A DNA stretch of 64,000 nt from an uncultured Bacillota bacterium (GCA_949283975.1 CASDUK010000001.1:97187-161186); one strand, 5' to 3'; shown: positions 38,442-46,971, counted from the stretch's first letter. A program made the numbers and translations. Notes: generated by a model not told the origin, from the letters alone.

Positions 38442-41417
38442 ATGGACGAATTTGAAGATTTTGAAAATTTTGAAGATAGCGAGCCAATTGAGGGGCAAAT
38501 TTGCTATGATGAACTTGAACCAATTTTAGAGGTTGAAAGTGAAGAAGCGCCAGCAGCGCTTGAGGGTCAGCTTGGCTTTGATGAATTAAAACCTCAAAAT
38601 TTGGAAACAAATTCAAGCAAGATGGAATTGCAAAAACCAAAGAACGAAACCCATAATCACGGGAATTCGGCTTTTTTAAAGCCCGAAACTAGCGCGCAAT
38701 CCAAAGAAAATTTCGAGCAAAAAGGCCAACTTTTCAAACCGGAAGAAGAAACAAAAAAAGTTTCCAGCGAAAAAGAAGATTTTGCGCATGTTGAAAGCCC
38801 CAGGGAAAGCGAGCAAGCCGAATTTTCCGGCGGGAAGAAAACTTTTAACCATGTTGAACAAGCCAATGAAAAGCAAGATTTGGGCGAAGAACAAGCAAAT
38901 TTAAGTTCTATGGATAAGAGAGAAGGTGAAAGCATTTTGGACGAAATTGAAAGCGACAGAGCCAAGCGCGCTCCAAAACCGAAAAGAGAAAAGCAAATTA
39001 AATTAGATCTTTCCGAAGCGGACGGAAGCGGAATTATTTTAACATCGCTGGAAGATGTTCTTCACAATTCAATGATTCCATACACCGAACACGTTGTTTT
39101 AGACAGGGCTCTTCCGCGCGTTGAGGACGGGCTTAAACCAGTTCAAAGAAGAATTCTTTACACAATGCTTGAACTTGGCCTTCAGCCAGACAAGCCGTTT
39201 AGAAAGAGCGCAAGAATTGTTGGGGATTGCATGGGCAAATATCACCCCCATGGCGACAGTTCTGTTTATGACGCAATGGTTAGAATGGCTCAAGACTATT
39301 CACTTAGAGAGCCTCTTGTTTTGGGGCATGGAAACTTTGGGTCTATAGACGGAGACAGCGCCGCGGCCATGCGTTACACAGAGGCAAAGTTAACGCCGCT
39401 TGCAATGGAGCTTTTAAGAGATTTAGATAAGAACACGGTTAGATGGATGCTAAACTTTGACGACACGCTTAAAGAGCCGGCAATGCTTCCCGGGCGCTTT
39501 CCAAACCTTTTGGTTAACGGGGCATATGGAATTGCCGTTGGCGTTGCAACCAACATTCCGCCACACAATCTTTGCGAAGTTATTGAAGGAATTGTTGCAT
39601 ACATTGACCACCCAAAAATTTCGCTTGAAGAGATGATGAAAATAATTAAAGGGCCAGATTTTCCAACCGGGGGAATTATCCTTGCCGGCGAGGAGCTTAA
39701 GGAGGCTTACAGAACGGGCAAAGGCAAAATTATTTTAAGAGCAAAAACCCACATTGAAGAAAAGGGCGATAAAAAGTCCATTGTTATAACAGAAGTTCCA
39801 TACCAAACAAACAAGGCGGCGCTTCTTCAAAAAATTGCAGAACTTAGAGAGGCAAACAAAAACATTTTGTCTGGGATAATTGAAATTAGAGACGAGTCGG
39901 ACAGAAACGGGCTTAGGGCAGTTATTCGCCTTAAAAAAGAAGCCAACGAAAAGTTTATTTTAGACTATCTTTTCAAACAAACCGGCCTTCAAGTTACCTT
40001 TGGAATTAACATGGTTGCAATTGCAGACGGAAAGCCAAAACAAATGGGGCTTTTGGATATAATTTCATACTATGTTGAATATCAGCGAGAGGTTATTTTT
40101 AGAAGAACAAAATTCGAGCTTGACCAAGCAAAGGAAAGAGCCCACATTTTAGAAGGGCTTTTAATTGCAATTAAAAATATTGACGAAGTTATTAAAATTA
40201 TTAAATCATCTGCTTCTGTTGCAGAGGCAAAAGTTAAGCTTAGAAATAAATTTGCGCTAAGTGAAAAGCAAGCGCAAGCAATTTTAGACATGCGCCTTGC
40301 AAGGCTTGTCAATCTTGAAGTTAACAAGCTAAAGGAGGAACTTGCGGCGCTAAAAATTAGAATTGCAGAACTAACAAAAATTTATGAAAGCAAGCGCCTT
40401 CAACTTGGTGTTGTTAAAACAGAGCTTGGCGAAATTAAAAGGCGTTTTAAAAGCGGAAGAAAAAGCGAGATTGACAAAAAAACGCAGTCAATTGAAACAA
40501 AAACAAAGGTTAAATTAGAGCCAATCATTATGGAAACAGAGGTTGTTTTGGCCGTTTGTGCCTCTGGCGCGATTAAAGCAATTCCGCTTAAAAATTACAA
40601 CCTTGCTGCCAAGGAACTTGGCCAGTCTTCAACGTTGGATCATGTCCACACCCAATTATTAAAGATTAAAAACACAGAAAAAGTTTTAATTTTTACAAAC
40701 AAAGGTAATTGTTTAAAAATTTCTGCTGGAAACATTCCAGAAGCAAAGTGGAAGGAGAAGGGAGCGCTTCTTAAAAACATAGATAAAAGGGTTGGAAGTG
40801 ATGAAAAAGCAATTGCAATTTTGGCTCTTCCTTCTAACTTAGAACAAAAGAAAATTGTTTTCTACACCAGCGACGGAATGATTAAACTTTCAAATCTTGA
40901 AGAATATGACATTGCAAAGGCGGTTTTCCAAGCATTAAAATTAAAGGAAGGCGAAGAACTTATTGGCGTTGAAGAGTTTAAAGAGGGCGGTTCTGTTGTT
41001 TTTGTTACAAAAAACGCAATGGTTTTAAACTTTGAAAAAGTTGACATTCCAGTTCAAGGTCGTGTTTCTGGCGGAGTTAGGGGAATTAATTTAGACGGAG
41101 AAGACAGGGCAATTTTTGCTTGCCAGGTTACAAAATCTGGAAATTTAACTCTTCTTACAAACAAGGGAATTGGAAAGAGAATTCCAATTGCAGAGTTTGG
41201 CCTTTCGGCAAGATATCGAAAGGGGCTTAGGGCAATTTCTCTTCCAAAGGGAGGAAGCGTTGTTTACAGCGAGTTTAACCACGAGCCTCCAAGCATTGTT
41301 TGCGCTTGCGGCGAAGGATTAAAACTTGCCGGTCAAATTCCGCTTCTTGGAAGGCTTAGCGAGGGAAAGCCTGTTGTTTCTGGGCTTGCTGGCGGCGCAT
41401 TTAGATTTGAAATTTAA
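38442..41417 (+). CDS. parC: type IIA topoisomerase subunit A, ParC-like (no GyrA box), with ~200-aa acidic N-terminal extension
   Basis: 991 aa. The catalytic core starts around aa 205 ([38 protein letters not shown]; [11 protein letters not shown] active-site Tyr). The C-terminal beta-pinwheel lacks QRRGGKG. The true start is uncertain. Confidence 0.75.
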   Translation: MDEFEDFENFEDSEPIEGQICYDELEPILEVESEEAPAALEGQLGFDELKPQNLETNSSKMELQKPKNETHNHGNSAFLKPETSAQSKENFEQKGQLFKPEEETKKVSSEKEDFAHVESPRESEQAEFSGGKKTFNHVEQANEKQDLGEEQANLSSMDKREGESILDEIESDRAKRAPKPKREKQIKLDLSEADGSGIILTSLEDVLHNSMIPYTEHVVLDRALPRVEDGLKPVQRRILYTMLELGLQPDKPFRKSARIVGDCMGKYHPHGDSSVYDAMVRMAQDYSLREPLVLGHGNFGSIDGDSAAAMRYTEAKLTPLAMELLRDLDKNTVRWMLNFDDTLKEPAMLPGRFPNLLVNGAYGIAVGVATNIPPHNLCEVIEGIVAYIDHPKISLEEMMKIIKGPDFPTGGIILAGEELKEAYRTGKGKIILRAKTHIEEKGDKKSIVITEVPYQTNKAALLQKIAELREANKNILSGIIEIRDESDRNGLRAVIRLKKEANEKFILDYLFKQTGLQVTFGINMVAIADGKPKQMGLLDIISYYVEYQREVIFRRTKFELDQAKERAHILEGLLIAIKNIDEVIKIIKSSASVAEAKVKLRNKFALSEKQAQAILDMRLARLVNLEVNKLKEELAALKIRIAELTKIYESKRLQLGVVKTELGEIKRRFKSGRKSEIDKKTQSIETKTKVKLEPIIMETEVVLAVCASGAIKAIPLKNYNLAAKELGQSSTLDHVHTQLLKIKNTEKVLIFTNKGNCLKISAGNIPEAKWKEKGALLKNIDKRVGSDEKAIAILALPSNLEQKKIVFYTSDGMIKLSNLEEYDIAKAVFQALKLKEGEELIGVEEFKEGGSVVFVTKNAMVLNFEKVDIPVQGRVSGGVRGINLDGEDRAIFACQVTKSGNLTLLTNKGIGKRIPIAEFGLSARYRKGLRAISLPKGGSVVYSEFNHEPPSIVCACGEGLKLAGQIPLLGRLSEGKPVVSGLAGGAFRFEI

Positions 41418-41449
41418 AAATTTGTGGTAAAATTAACTTAGGAGAAAAA

Positions 41450-41992
41450 ATGAACATAAGTTCGGATTCAACAGTTAATAAACTTGTTTTGCTTTTTGTT
41501 TTGGAAACAATTGAAATTCCGCTTGCAGAAAATTCAATTTTGGACATATGCTCTAGCAGAAATAATTGGATTAACTACATGGAGTGTAAAGAGATTTTAT
41601 ACAATCTTTTAGAAGTTGGGTTCATATATAACATAGATCAAAACGGAGAAGAACCGCGATATAACATTTCCTATGAGGGAAGAAATTGTTTGTCTCATCT
41701 CTACAGGCGAATTCCCCTTGCTCTAAGGGAAGAGATTAAGGAGTTCACAAAGCAAAACAGGCTTGCATTTAAGCGAAGCCAAGAATATTTGGCGGATTAT
41801 GAAAAAATGGAAGACGGGTCATATAATTTAAAACTAAGAATTCGCTCTCCGTTCGACAGTGAACCAATGTTCAATGTTGAGTTTCGCGCCCCTTCGCGTT
41901 CAAGCGCAATTAATGCGGTTAGGCTTTGGAGGGAAAAAGCGCCGTCAATTTACGAAAGCGTTTATGAAACATTGATTGACGAAGATATATAA
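41450..41992 (+). CDS. hypothetical protein (possibly a DUF4364/PadR-like winged-helix protein)
   Basis: 180 aa with SD AGGAG. The N-terminal ~70 aa look like a winged-helix. Family call is from memory only. Confidence 0.3.
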   Translation: MNISSDSTVNKLVLLFVLETIEIPLAENSILDICSSRNNWINYMECKEILYNLLEVGFIYNIDQNGEEPRYNISYEGRNCLSHLYRRIPLALREEIKEFTKQNRLAFKRSQEYLADYEKMEDGSYNLKLRIRSPFDSEPMFNVEFRAPSRSSAINAVRLWREKAPSIYESVYETLIDEDI

Positions 41993-42004
41993 GGAGTTAA
42001 AAAA

Positions 42005-42394
42005 ATGGAATATTTATTCAAAGACGAAGAAGCTGAAAACATTTCAAAAATAATTGAAAGGCTTTTAGACAATCTTGTTTTAAAAGATCAAATTAAAGAT
42101 CGTTTTGATGAAATTAGGGTTAAACAAAACCAAGAATATATAAAGATGATTCTTCGTGAAAATAAACCGGCAAAAGAGAACGTTTTAAAGCTCTTTTCAA
42201 CAATTAAAGAGGTTATAGACGAGAAAAAGTCAACCCTTGAAATAACAGAAACATTATTTAACGATAAATTTAGCAATGTTAAACCTGTTTTGGAACATCT
42301 ATTTGATTTTGCCAAACCAAATTTTGTTAAAAGAGTTGAAGATGAATTTTTAGAAGTTTTGTCCATGCAGGCAGAAGTTCAGCAAAGTTTTTAA
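42005..42394 (+). CDS. hypothetical helical protein
   Basis: 129 aa with SD AAGGAG. Charged, helical, no motif. Confidence 0.45.
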   Translation: MEYLFKDEEAENISKIIERLLDNLVLKDQIKDRFDEIRVKQNQEYIKMILRENKPAKENVLKLFSTIKEVIDEKKSTLEITETLFNDKFSNVKPVLEHLFDFAKPNFVKRVEDEFLEVLSMQAEVQQSF

Positions 42395-42495
42395 TTTTAG
42401 CTATTTTTTATTGTATTTCCAAGCGCTCAGGGTTAAAAAGTTTAAAAAGAAGTTGCTTTTTAATTATGAAAATTATTTTATAATCTATTTTAGTA

Positions 42496-42523
42496 TTGCA
42501 AAAAAATATGCGCCACCCATAAT
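42496..42523 (+). promoter_or_regulatory. candidate sigma-A promoter overlapped by two phased TTCGACA (reverse Spo0A-box-like) motifs
   Basis: TTGCAA (42496-42501), 16-nt spacer, CATAAT (42518-42523). TTCGACA at 42523-42529 and 42533-42539. Confidence 0.35.
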
Positions 42524-42544
42524 TCGACATATTTCGACAAAATA

Positions 42545-42610
42545 ATTTTTTCTCTTATACGCGGCCAGACGAAAAATTACAAATTCTTGTAATTTTTGCC
42601 GCGACTTATA
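42545..42610 (+). repeat. solo copy of the repeat-unit T-run plus bulged hairpin (same family as the 35334-36060 array)
   Basis: TTTTTTCTCTTATA-CGCGGC-CAGACG-AAAAATTACAA-attc-TTGTAATTTTT-GCCGCG-ACTTATAAGGA. The stems are identical to the array copies and only the loop differs. Confidence 0.85.
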
Positions 42611-42638
42611 AGGAGATTAAATATTTCGAAGAGCCAAG

Positions 42639-42690
42639 CCCAAAATAAAAGCAGGGATAAACCCTGCCAAAGTGGAGCGGGTGAAGGGAA
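42639..42690 (-). repeat. duplicated tRNA-Gly 3' fragment plus terminator (50/52 identical to 42812-42863)
   Basis: CCCAAAATAAAAGCAGGGATAAACCCTGCcAaAGTGGAGCGGGTGAAGGGA. It contains only the last ~18 nt of the tRNA (minus-strand TCCCTTCACCCGCTCCA). Confidence 0.8.
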
Positions 42691-42814
42691 AAGAGCCAAG
42701 CGCGCCCAGTGGGCGAAACAGCGCAGGCGATTTTCATTTGAGCGAGGCAGCGAAAAGGCGACCAGTTTCGAACAGAGGGGAGATGAGGACTCGTAGGGTT
42801 CGATTCCCGAACCC

Positions 42815-42840
42815 AAAATAAAAGCAGGGATAAACCCTGC
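42815..42840 (-). terminator. rho-independent terminator of tRNA-Gly
   Basis: Minus strand: GCAGGG-tttat-CCCTGC followed by TTTTATTTT. Confidence 0.7.
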
Positions 42841-42845
42841 TATAG

Positions 42846-42919
42846 TGGAGCGGGTGAAGGGAATCGGACCCTCGCAGCCAGCTTGGAAGGCTGGAGCTCT
42901 ACCACTGAGCTACACCCGC
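42846..42919 (-). tRNA. tRNA-Gly, anticodon TCC (CCA encoded; atypical T-loop)
   Basis: Minus strand: GCGGGTG-TA-GCTC-AGTGGTA-GAGC-T-CCAGC-CTTCCAA-GCTGG-CTGC-GAGGG-TCCGATT-CCCTT-CACCCGC-TCCA. Confidence 0.88.
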
Positions 42920-42937
42920 AAATTAAACGCGAAAATT

Positions 42938-42966
42938 ATATTAGCATAAAAATAAAAAGATGTCAA
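42938..42966 (-). promoter_or_regulatory. sigma-A-type promoter for tRNA-Gly
   Basis: Minus strand: TTGACA (42966-42961), 17-nt spacer, TGc-TAATAT (42946-42938), 18 nt before the tRNA 5' end. Confidence 0.6.
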
Positions 42967-43165
42967 CCAATTTTTCTTTTTTAAATAAAATTTATAAAAA
43001 AGCGCTAGTTATTTGACTTTCATATATTTATGCAGAGCTATAACTGGATTGTTAATAATTGAGTTTTAGTTGTTTTGTTAAAAAATATATATAATATTTT
43101 TGTTTTTGGATAAAAAAGCTTTTTAAAGTGGAAATGTTTTACATTTTTAACTGTAACATACAAAT

Positions 43166-43182
43166 TTCGACAAATTTCGACA
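43166..43182 (+). promoter_or_regulatory. two phased TTCGACA motifs (reverse complement of the TGTCGAA Spo0A-box consensus)
   Basis: Perfect 10-bp tandem CAAATTTCGA-CAAATTTCGA-CA. TTCGACA at 43166-43172 and 43176-43182. Confidence 0.3.
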
Positions 43183-43325
43183 TAAAGCACGAATTAAAAA
43201 CCGTTTTTGAAAAAAGAGAAGGCAAGCAATTTTTGCAGAATTTTTTGCAATAAAGTAAGGGATGCAACATAAATTTAGAATTTTTAAACAAGAAGTTTTT
43301 GTGAGAACCGTTTTTTTATTTTCTC

Positions 43326-43354
43326 TTGAAAAAAGCAGATTTATGTGTTAAATT
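43326..43354 (+). promoter_or_regulatory. sigma-A-type promoter abutting the GDPD-like gene start
   Basis: TTGAAA (43326-43331), 17-nt spacer, TGt-TAAATT (43346-43354). ATG 43362 is 7 nt after the -10, with no SD. Confidence 0.45.
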
Positions 43355-43361
43355 AATAACA

Positions 43362-44378
43362 ATGCAAGAAAGCAAGAGGGAATTTAAAAAGAGGTTAAAC
43401 AGGCGCGGCATGCTCAAAAGCCAGGCCGAAATTTCTGATTCGAAAAAACTTAAGGTTTTTTATTTAACGGCGGCAGCAGTTATTGTAGCAACAACTTCAA
43501 TTAAGCTTGCGCCAAGTGATACATACACAAACCCCGGAGTTGATTACAACACAAATTTCGTTGTTGCCCATGCGGGCGGCGCGCTAGAAGAGAACGGAAG
43601 GGAACTTGGTTATTTGAACTGCTTAGAGGGATTTTATCATTATTATGCAGAGGGAACGCGGCTTTTTGAGTTTGACCTTGTTTTTTCAAGCGATGGCAGG
43701 CTTGTTGGAACTCACACATATGAATATTTAGACGGCCACAGCATGAGAAACAGAATTGCCTATCAGGATTATAAAAACACAAAAATTGCCGGAAAATTTG
43801 AGGGGATTACGGAGGAAAGTTTGCTTGCGCTTTGCAAAATTTTTCCAGAATGTAAATTTATTATTGACACAAAAGAAAAGAATCCAACGGCGGTTTATTA
43901 CAGAATTATTGACCTTGCCAAGCAGCAAAATTTGGATATATCCAAGACAATTCTTCCGTTTGTTAGTTCAAGAGACATGCTTTTAGATCTTGAAAAAAGA
44001 TATGATTTTAAGGAGATTATGTTCACCAACTATAAAAATTATTATTCCACAAGGCAACTTTTAAACATTATTAAAGAATTTGATAAAATTAGATATGTTC
44101 ATATTTTTCCAATAGACTTTTTTAGGGTTGACATTGAAAAACTCAATCAACAGGGCGTTAGAGTTTTTGCCCACATGGACAAGGAGAATTTTTTAAGAAC
44201 GGCGCTTGACTATGGCTGCACTGGGATTTTTTCAGACAACATTTCTGAAAAAGATTTTAAAGAAAACCATTACAGTTTTTTGGCAAAGAAGCTTGAAATT
44301 GTTCAAGAACAAGTTGTTCATGAAAGAAAAGTTGAAATGTTTTATAAAAGGAAAGAAAGCCCAGAATTAGAATTTTAG
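43362..44378 (+). CDS. membrane-anchored glycerophosphodiester phosphodiesterase (GDPD)-like protein
   Basis: I prefer ATG 43362 (MQESKREF...) because the ORF-track TTG 43326 coincides with the -35 box. N-terminal TM anchor. GDPD-like VVAHAGG...EFDLVFSSDGRLVGTH and IIDTKE blocks. Confidence 0.55.
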   Translation: MQESKREFKKRLNRRGMLKSQAEISDSKKLKVFYLTAAAVIVATTSIKLAPSDTYTNPGVDYNTNFVVAHAGGALEENGRELGYLNCLEGFYHYYAEGTRLFEFDLVFSSDGRLVGTHTYEYLDGHSMRNRIAYQDYKNTKIAGKFEGITEESLLALCKIFPECKFIIDTKEKNPTAVYYRIIDLAKQQNLDISKTILPFVSSRDMLLDLEKRYDFKEIMFTNYKNYYSTRQLLNIIKEFDKIRYVHIFPIDFFRVDIEKLNQQGVRVFAHMDKENFLRTALDYGCTGIFSDNISEKDFKENHYSFLAKKLEIVQEQVVHERKVEMFYKRKESPELEF

Positions 44379-45434
44379 GCTTTTAAAATATTTTTCATTG
44401 TTAAGGACGGCCTCGTTTTTTGGGTTAATTTCCATTGCCTTTTTATGATAGTTATATGATTCTAAAAAATTTCCAAGTTTGTAGTTTATATAGCAAAGTT
44501 GAATGTTTGGAATTAAGTCGTAATAACAATCTTCAACAAAAGCGCCGCTTTCCGCTTTTTTTTCACAGCAGAGGGCGGCTTTAAACCAAAACATTGCGCC
44601 CCTTAAATTTCTTTCAAGTTCTAAGTTTCCAAGCATGCAACAAAACTCTGCGGAAGGCGGGGCAAGCTTAAAACTTTCTATCAAATATTTTTTTGCATTT
44701 TCATTGTTGCCAAGGCGCATGAAACACTGGGCAATTATTTTGTGGGCGTCAATTTTATTTACAATAAAGGCCTCTTTGTTTTTTAGGTATTTTTTTAATG
44801 TTGCAATACATTTTTTGTTGTAATTGTTATAAAAAAGTTCGCGGGCATAGTAAAATTGCTCTCGCGGGTTGAGCTTATAGCCTTCTTTAATTTTTTGATT
44901 GTAAATTTTTAAATTTCGCTTTGGGTTTGAAAATTTAATTTTCCTGTGTTGAATTGCAATGTCAACATGTTCAATTTTTCCGCGAGGGGTTATAACTTCG
45001 TGGATAAACCCCTCCCACACAAAATTCATGCTTCGCCTTAAAATTCTTTCGCGAAAGTAAGTGAAAGTTGGGTTGTTTGCCTCGTCGAACGCAATTTCAT
45101 ATTTTAACATGTAAACATCTTTTGGATTAGTTGTTTGTTTTAGCTTTTTAATTTTCTCAATGTTTTCATTAGTTATTATGTCGTCTGCGTCCAGCCACAT
45201 TACATAATCTTTTGTTGCCTTAGAAAAACTAAAATTTCTTGCCTTTGAAAAATCATTTTCCCACTTAAAAGAGTAAACACGGTTTGTAAACATTTTTGCA
45301 ATTTCAATTGTTTTATCCTTAGACCCAGTGTCTACAACAACAATTTCGTCTGCAAACTGACAAGCACAATTTAAACATCTTTCTAAAACTTCATCTTCAT
45401 CTTTAACAATTAAACAAACACTTAGTGTAAACAT
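44367..45434 (-). CDS. family-2 glycosyltransferase fused to C-terminal TPR repeats
   Basis: I prefer ATG 45434 (MFTLSVCLIVKDEDEVLERCL...VVVDTGSKD...WLDADD). The upstream 113 codons of the ORF-track call are antisense to the trmH-like gene. Confidence 0.75.
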   Translation of the reverse strand: MFTLSVCLIVKDEDEVLERCLNCACQFADEIVVVDTGSKDKTIEIAKMFTNRVYSFKWENDFSKARNFSFSKATKDYVMWLDADDIITNENIEKIKKLKQTTNPKDVYMLKYEIAFDEANNPTFTYFRERILRRSMNFVWEGFIHEVITPRGKIEHVDIAIQHRKIKFSNPKRNLKIYNQKIKEGYKLNPREQFYYARELFYNNYNKKCIATLKKYLKNKEAFIVNKIDAHKIIAQCFMRLGNNENAKKYLIESFKLAPPSAEFCCMLGNLELERNLRGAMFWFKAALCCEKKAESGAFVEDCYYDLIPNIQLCYINYKLGNFLESYNYHKKAMEINPKNEAVLNNEKYFKSLKF

Positions 45435-45470
45435 ACTACACAATATGTTAAAAATTTCAGTTTTGTTATT

Positions 45471-45498
45471 TTGAAAATGCCTTGCAATGTGATATAAC
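45471..45498 (+). promoter_or_regulatory. sigma-A-type promoter abutting the TrmH-family gene start
   Basis: TTGAAA (45471-45476), 16-nt spacer, TGa-TATAAC (45490-45498). GTG 45505 is 6 nt after the -10. Confidence 0.4.
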
Positions 45499-45504
45499 AT
45501 AACC

Positions 45505-46248
45505 GTGGTTATTGTTTCGACTAAGAACGAGAATGTTAAACAAATTAAAAAGCTAAAAGGTTCAAACGGCTTTTTGTTTTTAGACAACCCAAAATTGATT
45601 TTTGAGGCAAGTTCATCTGGTTTTGAAATTGAATGGCTTGTTTTAAAAGAGGGGGCAAGCTTTGAAGAAAAAAAGCTAAATTCAAAAAACAAAATTGTTG
45701 TTAGCGAAAATGTTTTTAAAACAATTTGTTCAACGGTTTCATCCCAAGGGGCTGTTGCAGTTGTTAAATTCAATTTGATGCAGTTCCGCCCTCCATCGGG
45801 AAATTTTTTGGTTTTAGATTGCGTTCAAGACCCTGGAAATGTTGGAACGCTTATCAGAAGCGCGGTTGCATTTGAATTTAATGAAATTTATTTGATAGAT
45901 TGCGCAAAAGTTTCAAATGAAAAAGTTGCAAGAAGCAGCATGGGCGCAATTTTTAGGGCAAACCTTTTTGAAATTTCAAAGCAGACATTTCTAAACGAAT
46001 TTAAAGGCAAAACGCTTTTATGTGGAGAGCTTGGCGGCGCGCCTGTTTCAAAAGAAAAATTTAACTTTCCGCTTGGCGTTGTTGTTGGAAACGAAGGGGG
46101 CGGGATTTCAAAGGAAGTTTTGGCGCTTGGAAGGGGCGTTGAAATTGAAATGAGCAAAAACGTTGAAAGTTTGAACGCAGGAGTTGCTGGAAGCATTTTA
46201 ATGTCATATTGTTATAATAAATTTAAAAATATAAAAGGAGAAAAATAG
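45505..46248 (+). CDS. TrmH/SpoU-family RNA 2'-O-methyltransferase
   Basis: 247 aa with SpoU motifs LVLDCVQDPGNVGTLIRSA, VVGNEGGGIS and LNAGVAGSILM. Confidence 0.85.
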   Translation: MVIVSTKNENVKQIKKLKGSNGFLFLDNPKLIFEASSSGFEIEWLVLKEGASFEEKKLNSKNKIVVSENVFKTICSTVSSQGAVAVVKFNLMQFRPPSGNFLVLDCVQDPGNVGTLIRSAVAFEFNEIYLIDCAKVSNEKVARSSMGAIFRANLFEISKQTFLNEFKGKTLLCGELGGAPVSKEKFNFPLGVVVGNEGGGISKEVLALGRGVEIEMSKNVESLNAGVAGSILMSYCYNKFKNIKGEK

Positions 46249-46971
46249 ATGAGCGGACACAGCAAGTGGCACAACATAAAAAACACAAAGGAAAAATCTG
46301 ACGCACAAAGAGGGAAAATTTTTACTAAAATCGGCCGCGAAATTGCGGTTGCGGTTAAAAGCGGAGGGGCAGACCCAGAAGTTAACGGTGCGCTAAAAAA
46401 CATTATTGCAAAAGCAAAGCAAAACAACATGCCAAACGACACGATTACACGAAGCATAAAAAAAGCAAGCGGAGAACTTGGAAGCATTAACTATGAGGAA
46501 TGCAGCTATGAGGGCTATGGCGTTGGCGGAAGCGCAGTTATTGTTAGGTGTTTAACAGACAACAAAAACAGAACGGCGGGAGACGTTCGCCACGCGTTCG
46601 ACAAATTTGGCGGGTCACTTGGAGCGCTTGGCTGCGTTCAATTTATGTTTGACAAAAAGGGCGTTTTGGTTTTGGAAAAGGGAAATTTGTCTGAGGACGA
46701 TGTTCTTCTTTTGGCTTTGGAGGCAGAGGCAGAAGATGTTAAAGACGAGGGCGATGTTTTTGAAATTTTAACCGATCCAAAGCAGCTTGAAAGTGTTAAA
46801 TCCGCTCTTGAGGCCAAAGGGCTTAACTTTGTTTCGGCAGAAGTTGAATTTATTCCTCAAAACTATGCAAGTTTAGACGAAAAGCAACTTGAAACTTTTT
46901 CTAAAATGGTTGACAAACTTGAGGAGAGTGACGACGTTCAGGAAGTTATTCACAACGTTTTGTTAGATTAA
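46249..46971 (+). CDS. yebC: YebC/PmpR-family DNA-binding transcriptional regulator
   Basis: 240 aa, MSGHSKWHNIKNTKEKSDAQRGKIFTKIGREI. Confidence 0.93.
   Translation: MSGHSKWHNIKNTKEKSDAQRGKIFTKIGREIAVAVKSGGADPEVNGALKNIIAKAKQNNMPNDTITRSIKKASGELGSINYEECSYEGYGVGGSAVIVRCLTDNKNRTAGDVRHAFDKFGGSLGALGCVQFMFDKKGVLVLEKGNLSEDDVLLLALEAEAEDVKDEGDVFEILTDPKQLESVKSALEAKGLNFVSAEVEFIPQNYASLDEKQLETFSKMVDKLEESDDVQEVIHNVLLD

Noticed and set aside
42690-42812. A + strand tRNA or tmRNA-like gene, suggested by the canonical GGGTTCGATTCCC T-arm at 42796-42808 and the nearby ATTCGACA motif.
   Set aside because: I could not build an acceptor stem, D-arm or anticodon arm around it. There is no CCA or tag ORF. It is more likely a tRNA fragment inside an integration scar.
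43081-43105. AT-rich near-palindrome (AAAAATATATATAATATTTTT) as a possible dif/XerCD site.
   Set aside because: It does not match the Firmicute dif consensus arms (ACTTCCTAGAA...TGTAAACT). It is simply low-complexity AT sequence.
45435-45773. N-terminal 113 codons of the 468-aa minus-strand ORF (glycosyltransferase).
   Set aside because: This part is antisense to the well-supported TrmH-family gene and has no GT2 features. The GT-A fold starts right after Met at 45434.
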